Shown here: positions 25,459 to 35,949 of the stretch, piece after piece
How the letters are laid out: every line of letters starts with the position of its first letter
Numbering within the stretch: the first letter of the stretch is position 1
Source: a virus
Taxonomy: Duplodnaviria > Caudoviricetes
Direction: 5' to 3' (one strand)
IMG/VR virus record: IMGVR_UViG_3300033067_000382
Span: 1 to 36,899 of that record
DNA: 36,899 bases
Notes under the pieces: model-generated
The model's input: only the letters and a program-made list of their open reading frames with translations
Database searches by the model: none
Told to the model about the DNA's origin: nothing
Made by a program: the position numbers and the translations under genes

Positions 25459-28305
25459 ATGGCAGAGAAAATTGTTTTAGCAAGTTTGGAAATCGATATG
25501 AGTGCTTTAATAAAATCTACTTCGGAACTAAAAGCCGAAATTGATAGATTAAAGGACTCACAAAAGGAACTTACAAAAGAAGGCGATACAGCGAGTGAAC
25601 AATACGTACAGAATGCAGCCGATTTAAAGGCTTTAAATACAGCATACAACGCAAATGTAAAAGCAATTGCAGAAAGTACAACAGCGCAAGCCGACCAAGC
25701 GAACCAAAGTAAGTTGGTAGCACTTGCATTAAGTACAGAAGTGCAAAGCATAAAAGAAGCTCGTGACCAAAATGCACTTTTAAATCGTTTAAGAAATGAA
25801 ACCAATGTAAGTACAACAGAAGGCAAAGCACAACTCGAAGCACTTAATAAAAAGTTAGACGAGAATAACGCTTTTATAAAAGAAAATGCTGACCAATATC
25901 TACAACAAAAATTAAACATAGGTAATTATGCAAGCGCACTTGAAGGATTAAGCCCTCAAATGAGTGGATTTATAAACGATTTAAAAGGTACTTATGCAAA
26001 CTTATTAGTAGCAAAAGAAGCTTTAATTGCTCAATCTTCGGCATTAGTAGGAACAACAACAGCGACTAGCGGAGCATCAAAAGCTTTAAACTTCTTTAAA
26101 ATAGCATTAGTTAGTACTGGTATTGGCGCAATTGTAGTTGCGTTGGGTGCGTTAATTAGCTACCTTACAACAACTCAAGGAGGTATAGATAAATTAACAG
26201 CAGTTACAAGACCATTACAGGCTATATTTCAGTCGCTAATTGGCGTGTTTCAAAACGTAGGTAAGTATTTATTTGAAGCATTTAGCAATCCTAAAAAGAC
26301 AATGACTGAACTTTACGAATTTGTTAAACAAAATTTAATAAATAGATTTACAGCATTTGGCAAAATATTAGAAGGCATTATAAATTTAGACTTTCAAAAG
26401 GTAACAGATGGCGTTTTACAAGCTGGAACAGGAGTTGAAAATTTAACAGATAAAATACAAAAAGGAGCAAAAGAAACAGGTAAATTTTTAGACGCTGCAA
26501 TTAAAAAAGGGCAAGAAATAGACAGACTAAAAAAAGAAATTGAAAGGAGCGAGCTAGCATATCAAAGAGCGCAAATAAAAACTAATGATTTAATAGATGA
26601 GCAGAAACTTATTGTTAAAGATACGTCTAGGTCATTTGCCGAAAGGGGTGCAGCTGCAAACGAAATTATACGCCTTACAACTGAACTTTCTAAAAAAGAA
26701 GAAGAAATAATTGCAAAGAAAATAAAGGCTTTACAGTTAGAATATTCAATGAAAGATGCAAAAGCCTTAACTATCGAAGAGCAGCAGAAAATGATTGACC
26801 TCGAAAAGCAATTAGATGAAGCACAAGATAGAGGTTTAAACGCTCAGTTAGAAAATTCAAAAGTTTTGTCAGGTTTAAAAAAAGAACAAGAAGCACAAGC
26901 AAAAGAAGCGCAAGCAAAAGAATTGGAACGTCAAAACAAGGCTATTGAAGCGCAACTAACAAAATCAAAAGAAGAAATAGAATTGTTTAAAGTTAAAGAA
27001 TCTGAAAAAGCAAAAACAGCTGAAGAGCAATATCAATTCAATAAACAACTTTACGACAAAGAAAATGCAGACTTAAAACTGCAATATGATAAAGGTAAAA
27101 TTTCAAAGCTACAATATGAAACAGATAAATTAAAATTATCTCAAACATTTGCACAACAAAACGCTGATACTTTAGCGCAATTTGCAAACGCAGAATTAAA
27201 TTTATTTTTAGAGCAAAACAAATCAAAATTAGAAGGTGCAAAAGTATTAACAGATGAATTAGTAGCTGAAGAAGAAAATAGGTTAAGACTTATTGCTCAA
27301 AAACAAACAGAAAATTTGGCAATAGAAAAAGGTATTGACGTTGCTAAATTAGAGCAAAAAAAGAAAAATAATGAAGCATTAACAATTTCAGAAATTGAAT
27401 TTGAAACAGAGCGTATTCGTATTGCAAGCGAAACAGATGCAACTATTCAAACAAACAAAGAAACACTTGACGAACAAATTAAGGCTAAAAAAGCTGAACA
27501 GCTTGCAATTGATAAAGAGTTAGCACTAGCAGAAGCTGAAACAAAAGCCGAAGAAGATGCTATAAAAGCGGAGGAGCAATACAATTTAGAAATGGAAAGG
27601 CTCAACAAATTGCTAACCGATAAGAAAATAACGCAAGACCAATTCGATGCATTAAAAGCGAGTGCAGATAAGAAGAATGAAGAAATGGCACGTATTGCTG
27701 CATTGAATAGAACACAGGCACAATTACAAGAATTTCAAAAAGTAGGAGCTGGTTTGGAAGGTCTATTCGGTAAAAACAAAGCTATAGCAAGTGCAACCGC
27801 ATTAATAAACGGAGGGTTAGCAGTTACAGAAATTTTAAAAACTCCTTCAACGTTTCCTGAACCTTATGCATCTATATCGAGAGGAATTCAAATTGCTGGA
27901 ACGGTTGCAACAACAGCGAGAAGTATTGCACAAATTAACGGTGCAAAATTCGAAAAAGGAGGTATTCAAGAAATCGGAGGTAAAAGACATAGCGGAGGCG
28001 GTACAAAATTTTACGGCGAAGATGGGACAACATTTGAAGCTGAACGAGGCGAGGGAATTGGAATACTGAACCGAAGTGCATTTAGTACCTTTATGGATTT
28101 TAATAATAGATTCGGTAGTGGTTCAAGTTCAGGCGGTTTCTTTCAAGGCGGTGGAATTATTACGCAAGGCGTAAGAAGTGAATCTACTAATATGGATGCG
28201 GTTGTAGATGCTATTGCAAGCATACCAGCTCCAGTAGTAGCGGTTGAAGAAATCCAAAGCGTTGGTAATAGATTTGTACAAGTGCAACAAAATGCGAATT
28301 TATAA
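25459..28305 (+). CDS. Tail tape measure protein
   Basis: 948 aa coiled coil with ALVSTGIGAIVVALGALI and C-terminal FEKGG..H. Confidence 0.85.
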   Translation: MAEKIVLASLEIDMSALIKSTSELKAEIDRLKDSQKELTKEGDTASEQYVQNAADLKALNTAYNANVKAIAESTTAQADQANQSKLVALALSTEVQSIKEARDQNALLNRLRNETNVSTTEGKAQLEALNKKLDENNAFIKENADQYLQQKLNIGNYASALEGLSPQMSGFINDLKGTYANLLVAKEALIAQSSALVGTTTATSGASKALNFFKIALVSTGIGAIVVALGALISYLTTTQGGIDKLTAVTRPLQAIFQSLIGVFQNVGKYLFEAFSNPKKTMTELYEFVKQNLINRFTAFGKILEGIINLDFQKVTDGVLQAGTGVENLTDKIQKGAKETGKFLDAAIKKGQEIDRLKKEIERSELAYQRAQIKTNDLIDEQKLIVKDTSRSFAERGAAANEIIRLTTELSKKEEEIIAKKIKALQLEYSMKDAKALTIEEQQKMIDLEKQLDEAQDRGLNAQLENSKVLSGLKKEQEAQAKEAQAKELERQNKAIEAQLTKSKEEIELFKVKESEKAKTAEEQYQFNKQLYDKENADLKLQYDKGKISKLQYETDKLKLSQTFAQQNADTLAQFANAELNLFLEQNKSKLEGAKVLTDELVAEEENRLRLIAQKQTENLAIEKGIDVAKLEQKKKNNEALTISEIEFETERIRIASETDATIQTNKETLDEQIKAKKAEQLAIDKELALAEAETKAEEDAIKAEEQYNLEMERLNKLLTDKKITQDQFDALKASADKKNEEMARIAALNRTQAQLQEFQKVGAGLEGLFGKNKAIASATALINGGLAVTEILKTPSTFPEPYASISRGIQIAGTVATTARSIAQINGAKFEKGGIQEIGGKRHSGGGTKFYGEDGTTFEAERGEGIGILNRSAFSTFMDFNNRFGSGSSSGGFFQGGGIITQGVRSESTNMDAVVDAIASIPAPVVAVEEIQSVGNRFVQVQQNANL

Positions 28306-28316
28306 AATATTTTTTG

Positions 28317-28324
28317 TACATTTG
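28317..28324 (+). promoter_or_regulatory. TAnnTTTG element
   Basis: TACATTTG just before ATG 28329. Confidence 0.4.
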
Positions 28325-28328
28325 AAAA

Positions 28329-28577
28329 ATGAGTAAGTTAAGCAACATATTAAAAGGATGGCAAAATTACATAGCCAAATCAGAAGTAACTGAACTCGAA
28401 GCGGTAGAAAGGGCAAAGCATTGTATTGACTGCAATGAGTTGAAAGAAGGTAAAATGTTGAATATGATAAAAGATGATCTAAAAGAAATTGAAGGTTTTT
28501 ATTGTGGTGTTTGCTATTGCCCTTTGTCCGCTAAATTAAGAAGTGAAAACGAAACGTGTCCAATCAAAAAATGGTGA
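28329..28577 (+). CDS. Small Cys-rich (zinc-binding) phage protein
   Basis: CIDC, CGVCYC and CP..KW. Confidence 0.65.
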   Translation: MSKLSNILKGWQNYIAKSEVTELEAVERAKHCIDCNELKEGKMLNMIKDDLKEIEGFYCGVCYCPLSAKLRSENETCPIKKW

Positions 28578-28801
28578 TGAATAACTACACTTTTATAAAA
28601 TCAATTAACGAAAAGTTATATTTAGAATTAATCAAACGGGGTGTTATACCGATTCATATAATGGACTATGTTTTGATTTATGAAACTTATTTAAAAGAAT
28701 TGGAAACCAATAAACCTACAATTTCAGTAACTTTTATAAGTGAAAAATTCAATTGCTCCGAGAGTAAAATTTGGAATATAATAAAATTTATGAATAGCTA
28801 A
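28577..28801 (+). CDS. Putative HTH regulator
   Basis: ISEKFNCSESKIWNII. Confidence 0.5.
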   Translation: MNNYTFIKSINEKLYLELIKRGVIPIHIMDYVLIYETYLKELETNKPTISVTFISEKFNCSESKIWNIIKFMNS

Positions 28802-28809
28802 CCATATTT

Positions 28810-28835
28810 AAAACCACCTTAACGGGTGGTTTTTT
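28810..28835 (+). terminator. Intrinsic terminator
   Basis: AAAACCACC-TTAACG-GGTGGTTTTTT. Confidence 0.7.
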
Positions 28836-28875
28836 ACTTTTAATTTAGTTGTAGTAATTTATACTTAATCTAAAT

Positions 28876-28883
28876 TAACTTTG
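28876..28883 (+). promoter_or_regulatory. TAnnTTTG element for the head operon
   Basis: TAACTTTG 4 bp before ATG 28888. Confidence 0.45.
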
Positions 28884-28887
28884 TAAT

Positions 28888-29934
28888 ATGGAAGGTAATA
28901 TTTTTATTAAAGGCGAAATCGGAGAAACACTACACTTGGTAGATGTTATTTCGCAAGTGGAAAACCAAAAAGAAGCTACAATGTTTAATGTTTACATTAA
29001 TTCAGTTGGTGGCTCTGTTGATGTTGGTTTTGATATTTACAATTACTTAATTTCTTTAAACGTACCAATCAAAGTAATAGGACAGGAAATTGTAGCAAGC
29101 GCTGCAACATTAATCTTTATGGCTGGTTCTGTTCGTGAATTGGAACAAGGTACAGATTTTATGATTCACTTACCTTGGGGTTATGCGGAAGGAACAGCGC
29201 AAGAAATTTCAGACTATAGCGAAATGCTAAAAAGATACGAAAAGAAAATAGTTGATTTTTACATTAAAACTACAGGATTAAACGAAGAAGCAATCAGACC
29301 ACTTTTGAATTATGAAACTTGGTTAAGTCCAAAGTTAGCAAATGATTTAAAGTTCACTACTTCGGTAGCTGACAATATTCCCGTTTTAGCAAAAGCGAAT
29401 TTTAATTTTAAACTTGATAATAAAATGACAGATGAACAAAAGGGTATGTTTACCAAATTGTTTGAGAAAGTAGATGCAATTTTCTCAAAGGTAAATGTAA
29501 CAGTTAAAAATATCGTATTGCAAGACGCAAACGGTATTGAAGTGGAATTTCCAGACGTAGCAGAGGGAGAAATGCCAATTGTAGGTGAATCAACTGCTTT
29601 AGTTGACGGAACTCCAGCAGAGGGTGAGTACCTTATGCCAGACGGACAAACTTACATTTTTGTAGGTGGAGTTTTAACAGAAATTGTTGAAGCACAAGTT
29701 GATGACAATGCTGAAAAAATTGCAGAATTAGAAAAGCAATTAGCAGACGCAAAAGCTGAAATTGAAGCTAAAAACACAGCGTTAACGGAAGCGTCAAACG
29801 TGGTGGCAACTCTTAAAAAAGAAATTAAATCTTCTTTTACTGCTGTTAAGTCAGAGAAAAAAGAAGAAAGCACAACAGAGGTTAAAAGCTCTTACAAAGA
29901 ATTAGTAGAAAAAGCAAAAAACAAAAAACGATAA
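28888..29934 (+). CDS. ClpP-type head maturation protease with scaffold-like C-terminus
   Basis: YINSVGGSV, VASAATLI, FMIHLPW and ETWL motifs, then a coiled-coil tail. Confidence 0.9.
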   Translation: MEGNIFIKGEIGETLHLVDVISQVENQKEATMFNVYINSVGGSVDVGFDIYNYLISLNVPIKVIGQEIVASAATLIFMAGSVRELEQGTDFMIHLPWGYAEGTAQEISDYSEMLKRYEKKIVDFYIKTTGLNEEAIRPLLNYETWLSPKLANDLKFTTSVADNIPVLAKANFNFKLDNKMTDEQKGMFTKLFEKVDAIFSKVNVTVKNIVLQDANGIEVEFPDVAEGEMPIVGESTALVDGTPAEGEYLMPDGQTYIFVGGVLTEIVEAQVDDNAEKIAELEKQLADAKAEIEAKNTALTEASNVVATLKKEIKSSFTAVKSEKKEESTTEVKSSYKELVEKAKNKKR

Positions 29935-29937
29935 ACT

Positions 29938-31002
29938 ATGGCAAGTGCAATAAACAATGGTACTTTTACTTTCAATCAAGAAGAATTGAAAGACTTATCA
30001 CAAGTTATTAATGAGTTAACTTGGGGTGATAAAACACTTAACGAACTTCACGATGTAGAAGAAGGAATTAAGTATAACAAGCAAATCGTATTTGCTGGTA
30101 ATTTAGGTTTAATGGGTAAAGCTGTAACAGGTTGTACTCCAAATGAAGTTGACGGAATCGTTTTAACTGAGAAAACTTGGACACCTGTAAAAGAAGATTT
30201 CAGATTAACACAGTGTTCAGCTGATGTTGATGCACAAGACAAACTTGTAAATCAAATGGCTAAAATGAATCCTGACTTTTACAATATTGTAGAGGGTTCT
30301 CAATCAAATGTAGGTAGCTTTTTAGTTGCTAAAATCGTAGAGAGATTACCAGAAGAATTATTAAGAAAAGTTTGGTTTAACGATACTGATGCTGATACAA
30401 TTGCAAACGGTGGAGTTTTAACAAACGGAACTGATAAAACTTATTTCAATACTTTTGATGGTTTCTTCAAACAAATTTTTGCAGAAGTAACAGCAGGTAG
30501 ATACACAATTTCTAAAAATTCAGGTGCATCTTACGCTGCTCAGGCTTTAGCGAGTGGAGAAGGTTTGTCAATTTTAAGAGGAGTTTATAAAAAAGCTGAT
30601 AAAAGATTAATTAAATCTGGAATGGCTAAATTCTATGTAACATCTTCTGTATTCGACCAATATATTGACGATTTAGAAAACATCCAAAATTCAGGAGCTG
30701 GTAACACTATGATTACTGAAAACGGACAATTAACAGTTAAATTCAAAGGTATTGAAGTTGTTGAAATTAACTTATGGGATAGAATCATTGATGCTTATCA
30801 AGATAACGGAACAAAATTAAACTTACCTCATAGAGTTGTTTTATCAACGCCAATGAATTTAAAAGTAGGTACTTTATCTAGTGGAGATTTCGGAGAGATT
30901 GACGCTTTCTATGATAGAGTAACAAAGAAAAATTACATGGATGGTATCTATTCAATTGATGCTAAACATATGCAATCATACTTAACAGCGGTGGGTTATT
31001 AA
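29938..31002 (+). CDS. Major capsid protein
   Basis: 354 aa directly after the protease, with biased codon usage. Confidence 0.75.
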   Translation: MASAINNGTFTFNQEELKDLSQVINELTWGDKTLNELHDVEEGIKYNKQIVFAGNLGLMGKAVTGCTPNEVDGIVLTEKTWTPVKEDFRLTQCSADVDAQDKLVNQMAKMNPDFYNIVEGSQSNVGSFLVAKIVERLPEELLRKVWFNDTDADTIANGGVLTNGTDKTYFNTFDGFFKQIFAEVTAGRYTISKNSGASYAAQALASGEGLSILRGVYKKADKRLIKSGMAKFYVTSSVFDQYIDDLENIQNSGAGNTMITENGQLTVKFKGIEVVEINLWDRIIDAYQDNGTKLNLPHRVVLSTPMNLKVGTLSSGDFGEIDAFYDRVTKKNYMDGIYSIDAKHMQSYLTAVGY

Positions 31003-31040
31003 TTTAACCCACTACTTTAACTTTTAAAAATAAAAAAGAT

Positions 31041-31631
31041 ATGGCAGTAATTTGTGGAATATTAGACGCTGATTTCGTACTATCTTGTGATGACAAAGCA
31101 CAAGGGGGTTTAGAGAATGACGTGTTATTGGTTAATAGAAGTGATGTTGATTATTCAGCAATTACTTTTAACGCAACAAACAAAACTATTTGTACTAACT
31201 TTCAGTTGAAAAGTGGTAAAACTGGTTATTTGTTGCAAGGTGTTAAACAAGTGAACTCAACAGCTTACGAGTTGGTTAAGCAAGAGTTTTCATTTGATAC
31301 GTTTAAACACACGTTTAACGGTGTTGTTTTAACTCCAAATTCAGCTAACAAAGAACAAGCTGAAAAATTAGCAAGCGGTGGAAAATACGTTGTTATTGTT
31401 AACAGAAAATATAAAGGAGCTGATAACGCTGATGCTTTTGAAATATACGGTCTTGAATCAGGTTTAGAACTTGAAACAATGACTTACAATTCAAAAGAAA
31501 ATAACGGTGTTATTTCGTTTGCTTTATCAAGTGCAGAGGGAGAAGATGAAACGGCTTTGCCTAAAACATTACTTGAAACTGATTACGCTACTACGTTAAC
31601 AGCGTTTGAAGCTAAATTTTTACAAGCATAA
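31041..31631 (+). CDS. Major tail tube protein
   Basis: C..GGL N-terminus and YGLESGLE, typical of Bacteroidota siphovirus tail tube proteins as I recall them. Confidence 0.6.
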   Translation: MAVICGILDADFVLSCDDKAQGGLENDVLLVNRSDVDYSAITFNATNKTICTNFQLKSGKTGYLLQGVKQVNSTAYELVKQEFSFDTFKHTFNGVVLTPNSANKEQAEKLASGGKYVVIVNRKYKGADNADAFEIYGLESGLELETMTYNSKENNGVISFALSSAEGEDETALPKTLLETDYATTLTAFEAKFLQA

Positions 31632-32080
31632 TGTCATTTGATTGGCATAAAACAGATATAGGTCAAATCATTGGGGGCGTTGCTCCCGATGGTTCGCCTT
31701 TATTAAAACATTTCTTAATTGATTATAAAAAAGAATTTAGTGTACAGGTAGTTAATGCGTCTTGTCATAAGTGTATTAATGAATATAGACACGAATTCGT
31801 AAAAAAATACGGAGACATGGAAAATACTTCAAATTACAGATTACATAAAAAGAGAGAAGGGCTACAATTAGAATTTGGAAGCTCTATTTTTGTAACAAAT
31901 AAAAACATTACAGACGATTACGCTGAAAAGTTAATCAAACGCTTTAACGATTTAAAGAATGACTTTAAATTAGAAGATTTATTCTCACATTTTCCACAAC
32001 CTAAAACGGAAAAAATAGAAATTGAAGAAACTACAACAGAAGTAGTTGAAGAAAAAAAACCACGCAAAAGACGTAAATAA
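31631..32080 (+). CDS. Hypothetical protein
   Basis: Coupled ORF with CHKC and a basic C-terminus. Confidence 0.55.
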   Translation: MSFDWHKTDIGQIIGGVAPDGSPLLKHFLIDYKKEFSVQVVNASCHKCINEYRHEFVKKYGDMENTSNYRLHKKREGLQLEFGSSIFVTNKNITDDYAEKLIKRFNDLKNDFKLEDLFSHFPQPKTEKIEIEETTTEVVEEKKPRKRRK

Positions 32081-33471
32081 TGAAAATCGACATCCTTGAA
32101 ATAATTAAGAATGTCGTAAAATGGGATGATAAGTTAGAAATTTACACGAACGGGATTGATAATATGTATCCTGAACGCGTTGATAGGCTAAAAAACAATT
32201 CTATTACGGCTAAAATGGCATCAGAAATGATGATCCAGTATATTATTGGTGGCGGTCTTGGTAATGCTGATAACTACAAAATTTCAGATAAGCAAAAACT
32301 AATTGACTTCGCTACTGATGTAGCTGATGATATTACTAATCATAGGGGCGTTTTTATACACTTTGATTACAATCTTGACTTCGAGCCTGTAAATCCTAAA
32401 GTATTGCCTTTTGAACGTTGCAGAATAGGTAAAAAAGATAGTAACGATTATAACGGTAAGATTTATTACAAAATTAATTGGTTAGATAAAAAAGAAACTC
32501 CGATTGTTTTTGATGTTTACAATAATGAGAAAGTAATTGTTTCTAATCAAGTTGAAAAAGCTGGAAAAATTCAAAAGTACAAAGGTCAAGTTTTATTTAT
32601 TAATTTAGATAGAAACTATGTATACCCACTTTCAAGAATTGACGCTGTTTTAAACGATTGCGATTCAGAGGCACAAAGTTCAGTTTATAGAAACCAACTT
32701 TTACGCAAAGGTTTTTTCGGTAAGCAAATAGTTGTTACTCCACCACTTGTTACAAATGATGAGCCAGAAGATATTTTAAACCCACAGGGTCAACTTGTAC
32801 GAAATCCAAAATGGATGCGTAAAGAAGATGAAGGAAAGCAAGTAAAAGAAACAATTGAAAAGTTTATAGGTGCTGAAAATGCTGGGGGTGCTTTACTTAT
32901 GCAATTACCTGACTTTGAAGGTAAGATTGATGATGTATTTAAAGTTATTAAGATTGATTCTACATTAGATGATAAAATGTTTGAATATACCGAAAATGTA
33001 ACGTCAAAGAATATCTTAATGGCTTTCAATAATTTGCCCGTTGGACTTGTTAAAAATCCTGATAGCGCAATGTTTGGTAATAGCGGAGAGAGTTTAAAAG
33101 CTATGCAAGAAATGTACTATAAGAATTGCGATAAGGACCGCAAAATAGTTGAAACAATTATAAATGATATAGTTCAGAATCAAGAAATGTGGCAAGGTGG
33201 ATATATTGAGTTCTTGCCTATAATTTCGGAAGAAGCTGATATTAACCAAGCTGATGTTAAGAAATTAGAAGCGCAAGCACAACTTAAAGGAAGTGTAGGT
33301 GGTGTTCAAGCTTTATTATCAATTCAGCAAGCAGTTAGTCAAGGCTTGACAGATTTAGAAAGTGCGGTTGTTATTATATCTGAAATTTATGGTATATCTG
33401 ATGAATTAGCTCGCAAAATGTTGGGGACACCAAAAGAAGTAGTACAAACTAATATAGGAGGAAAAGCATGA
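32080..33471 (+). CDS. Portal protein
   Basis: 463 aa with NGIDNMYP, VLPFERCRIG, KFIGAENAG and ILMAF motifs. Confidence 0.75.
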   Translation: MKIDILEIIKNVVKWDDKLEIYTNGIDNMYPERVDRLKNNSITAKMASEMMIQYIIGGGLGNADNYKISDKQKLIDFATDVADDITNHRGVFIHFDYNLDFEPVNPKVLPFERCRIGKKDSNDYNGKIYYKINWLDKKETPIVFDVYNNEKVIVSNQVEKAGKIQKYKGQVLFINLDRNYVYPLSRIDAVLNDCDSEAQSSVYRNQLLRKGFFGKQIVVTPPLVTNDEPEDILNPQGQLVRNPKWMRKEDEGKQVKETIEKFIGAENAGGALLMQLPDFEGKIDDVFKVIKIDSTLDDKMFEYTENVTSKNILMAFNNLPVGLVKNPDSAMFGNSGESLKAMQEMYYKNCDKDRKIVETIINDIVQNQEMWQGGYIEFLPIISEEADINQADVKKLEAQAQLKGSVGGVQALLSIQQAVSQGLTDLESAVVIISEIYGISDELARKMLGTPKEVVQTNIGGKA

Positions 33472-33968
33472 TACCATTAGTAACAATAGCGAAAGTACAG
33501 CAGTTTAAGCAAGTCAGTAACTCGATAAACGTTGCTAAATTTAACGAAACGGTTTTGCAATGTCAAATGACCGAACTATACCCACTTTTAGGAGAGGAAT
33601 TATATTTTGATTTAATGAATGATATTGCAAGTTATACCGATTTGTTAGAGGGCGGAACGTACGACTATCAAGGGATTACTTATACGAATGTAGGTCTTGA
33701 AGCGGTTATTGCTCACTATTGGTATGCGTATCATTCGTTTTATGGTGATCAGGTAGATACGGCTTTCGGATTGCGTGAAAAATTAAATAATGATGTTAGC
33801 AAACAAGTAGATACGCCAATGAAAAAAACTATGTTTGAATTAAACTGCCGTTATGCTTATAACTTATGGTTAAACGTAGAACGTTATTTGATTAGAACAA
33901 ACAACCCTCTATTTATATGTAGTGCAAAACCAAAATTAAGAAACTTTAGAATTTCAAAAATAGGATAA
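33468..33968 (+). CDS. Head-tail adaptor protein
   Basis: Follows portal; Q..ELYPLLGEELY helical motif. Confidence 0.6.
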   Translation: MIPLVTIAKVQQFKQVSNSINVAKFNETVLQCQMTELYPLLGEELYFDLMNDIASYTDLLEGGTYDYQGITYTNVGLEAVIAHYWYAYHSFYGDQVDTAFGLREKLNNDVSKQVDTPMKKTMFELNCRYAYNLWLNVERYLIRTNNPLFICSAKPKLRNFRISKIG

Positions 33969-33988
33969 CAATTAAAAAAAAATAAACA

Positions 33989-34279
33989 ATGGAACATTTA
34001 GAATATGCAAGTGTAGGAAATCAAGGAATTGGAGCTTTTGGGCAATTTGGTTTAAGAGTATTAACAACCGATGCAACGGCTGGCGAAAAGTTTATAGCTA
34101 TTCAAGTTTTAGAAGATGCTGTAATTAGTGCAGATTTGACTTCTTACAAGTCGGGGGAATTTGAATCAATAGGCGACACTACAATCACTTCTTTATCATT
34201 AACAGCTGGCACTATTATTTACGGGCGTTTTGTAAATTTAGAAGTAGAAAGCGGAAAAGTAATCGCATATAAAGGATAA
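33989..34279 (+). CDS. Small structural protein
   Basis: GTIIYGRF..VESGKVIAY beta-rich motif. Confidence 0.55.
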   Translation: MEHLEYASVGNQGIGAFGQFGLRVLTTDATAGEKFIAIQVLEDAVISADLTSYKSGEFESIGDTTITSLSLTAGTIIYGRFVNLEVESGKVIAYKG

Positions 34280-34282
34280 ATT

Positions 34283-35323
34283 ATGTTAGGATTAGGAAAT
34301 AGTTTAATACATAACAATAGGGTAAAAAGAGGTGCTGTTTTGCCTTCAAACATTGTAGATCCTGTTGTAAGTGGTACTAATACTGTTGGAAGTATTTTAA
34401 CTACTACTAATGGAACGTGGAGCGGAAGTACTCCTATTACTTATACCTATCAATGGTTAAGAAACGGAAGTAATATAAGCGGTGCAACTTCATCTACTTA
34501 TACTTTAGTAACTGCTGATACTTCAAATGTTGTATCTTGTAGAGTAACTGCGACTAATTCAGTAGGTAGTAAAAATGCAACTTCTAATAGTTTAACAATT
34601 TACGAACCACAATACAAATCTATTTTAGATTACGCAACAACTCAAGGTTATACTTTACCAAGTACTGCACAAAGGCTGAAACAAAATACTTTGTTGAGTA
34701 CTTTAAAATCTTCGGGGGTTTGGAATAAATTAGATACGTTTGCTAATTTCGCTACTGATGGAGATATTAACTTTGCTTTAATTGATTGGAAAAGATTATC
34801 ACTTTTAACCGCTGTTAATAGTCCTTCTTTTACGGCTAATGAAGGGTTTATTGGTAATGGTACAAGTAGTTATATAGATACAAATTTCAATCCAAGTACT
34901 CAAAGTACAAATTACGTTACCAATAATGCAAGTAGATATATGTATTTATTTTCAAATGGTACATCGCAAAGATTAGATGGTAATTCTATTAATACAAATA
35001 ATATTCGTTTAGGAACATACACAACTCATAAAATTAATTCTGGTTCCGTTAATATGTTAAATTCTGCTTTTACTTACTTAAATACTAAAGGAATGAAATC
35101 AATACATAGAACAACATCTACGGACGTTTATTTATATAATGATTCAGTAGGTGAAAATAGAATTTTACTATCAACTGGTTTACCTAATGCAAATCAATGG
35201 ATATTAAGGCTTTTTTCTGTATATGCCGATGCAAAAATATCTATGTATGCAATGGGGGGGTCTATGGTAACTGAAAATACTGCTTTTGTAAATGCTTTTA
35301 ATACTTACTTAAATTCTTTATAA
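34283..35323 (+). CDS. Virion protein with Ig-like domain and C-terminal beta-sandwich (fibre/decoration)
   Basis: MLGLGNSL, P.VSG...VG..LT...GTW..YTYQW.R..ISGATSSTY. Confidence 0.7.
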   Translation: MLGLGNSLIHNNRVKRGAVLPSNIVDPVVSGTNTVGSILTTTNGTWSGSTPITYTYQWLRNGSNISGATSSTYTLVTADTSNVVSCRVTATNSVGSKNATSNSLTIYEPQYKSILDYATTQGYTLPSTAQRLKQNTLLSTLKSSGVWNKLDTFANFATDGDINFALIDWKRLSLLTAVNSPSFTANEGFIGNGTSSYIDTNFNPSTQSTNYVTNNASRYMYLFSNGTSQRLDGNSINTNNIRLGTYTTHKINSGSVNMLNSAFTYLNTKGMKSIHRTTSTDVYLYNDSVGENRILLSTGLPNANQWILRLFSVYADAKISMYAMGGSMVTENTAFVNAFNTYLNSL

Positions 35324-35324
35324 T

Positions 35325-35528
35325 ATGTTAGTACTACACCCAAATTTAGAACAATATAACACATTGAATGGTTATAAAAATAATGCGTCTGAACTACTAT
35401 TTGTAAAAGATGGTAGTAATAGATGGATAGTCGGGATTGAAGTCTTAAATGATGAAAATTTTAAAGATATAAAAGAGCAGTTAAACGAATTAGAAAGAAT
35501 TGAATATACTGCAAATGCTGACAACTAA
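35325..35528 (+). CDS. Hypothetical protein (possible fibre chaperone)
   Basis: 67 aa ORF after the fibre-like gene. Confidence 0.5.
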   Translation: MLVLHPNLEQYNTLNGYKNNASELLFVKDGSNRWIVGIEVLNDENFKDIKEQLNELERIEYTANADN

Positions 35529-35949
35529 AACACTAACTGCTATTATAACAACATTTTTAATATTCATAACTCCGATATTTGGGCTACTTGCTCTTATATC
35601 GGTTGCAGTTGGATTTGATACCATATTTGCAATTTATGTAAGTATAAAACTAAAAGGAATTAACTCTTTTAAAAGCACTAAACTATTCAATATAGTAGTT
35701 AAGACTTTCTTTTATATGGGTTCAATTGTGTTTGCTTTTATGATTGACAAATATATTTTAGAAGGAAAATTATTTGATATACCTTATTTAATATCAAAAG
35801 TTCTTACATTTGTATGGCTGTATATTGAAGTCAAATCAATAGATGAAACTTCTATGAAATTAGGTAACCGATCACTTTGGGTAATTGTAAAAGAAATTAT
35901 ATCAAAAGGCAAAGATTTAAAAAAGGATATTAACGAAATAAAAGACTAA
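35515..35949 (+). CDS. Holin
   Basis: Several transmembrane segments and EVKSIDE motif, TAATG-coupled to the endolysin. Confidence 0.75.
   Translation: MLTTKTLTAIITTFLIFITPIFGLLALISVAVGFDTIFAIYVSIKLKGINSFKSTKLFNIVVKTFFYMGSIVFAFMIDKYILEGKLFDIPYLISKVLTFVWLYIEVKSIDETSMKLGNRSLWVIVKEIISKGKDLKKDINEIKD

Noticed and set aside
9459-33029. Short minus-strand ORFs (e.g. 9459, 9966, 11026, 12189, 14353, 16905, 18760, 23079, 25434, 29652, 30048, 32790) and the nested plus ORF 27866-28069
   Set aside because: They lie within well-supported plus-strand genes and have no motifs of their own.
34283-35323. Diversity-generating retroelement target in the fibre-like gene
   Set aside because: I found no reverse transcriptase and no template/variable repeat pair.
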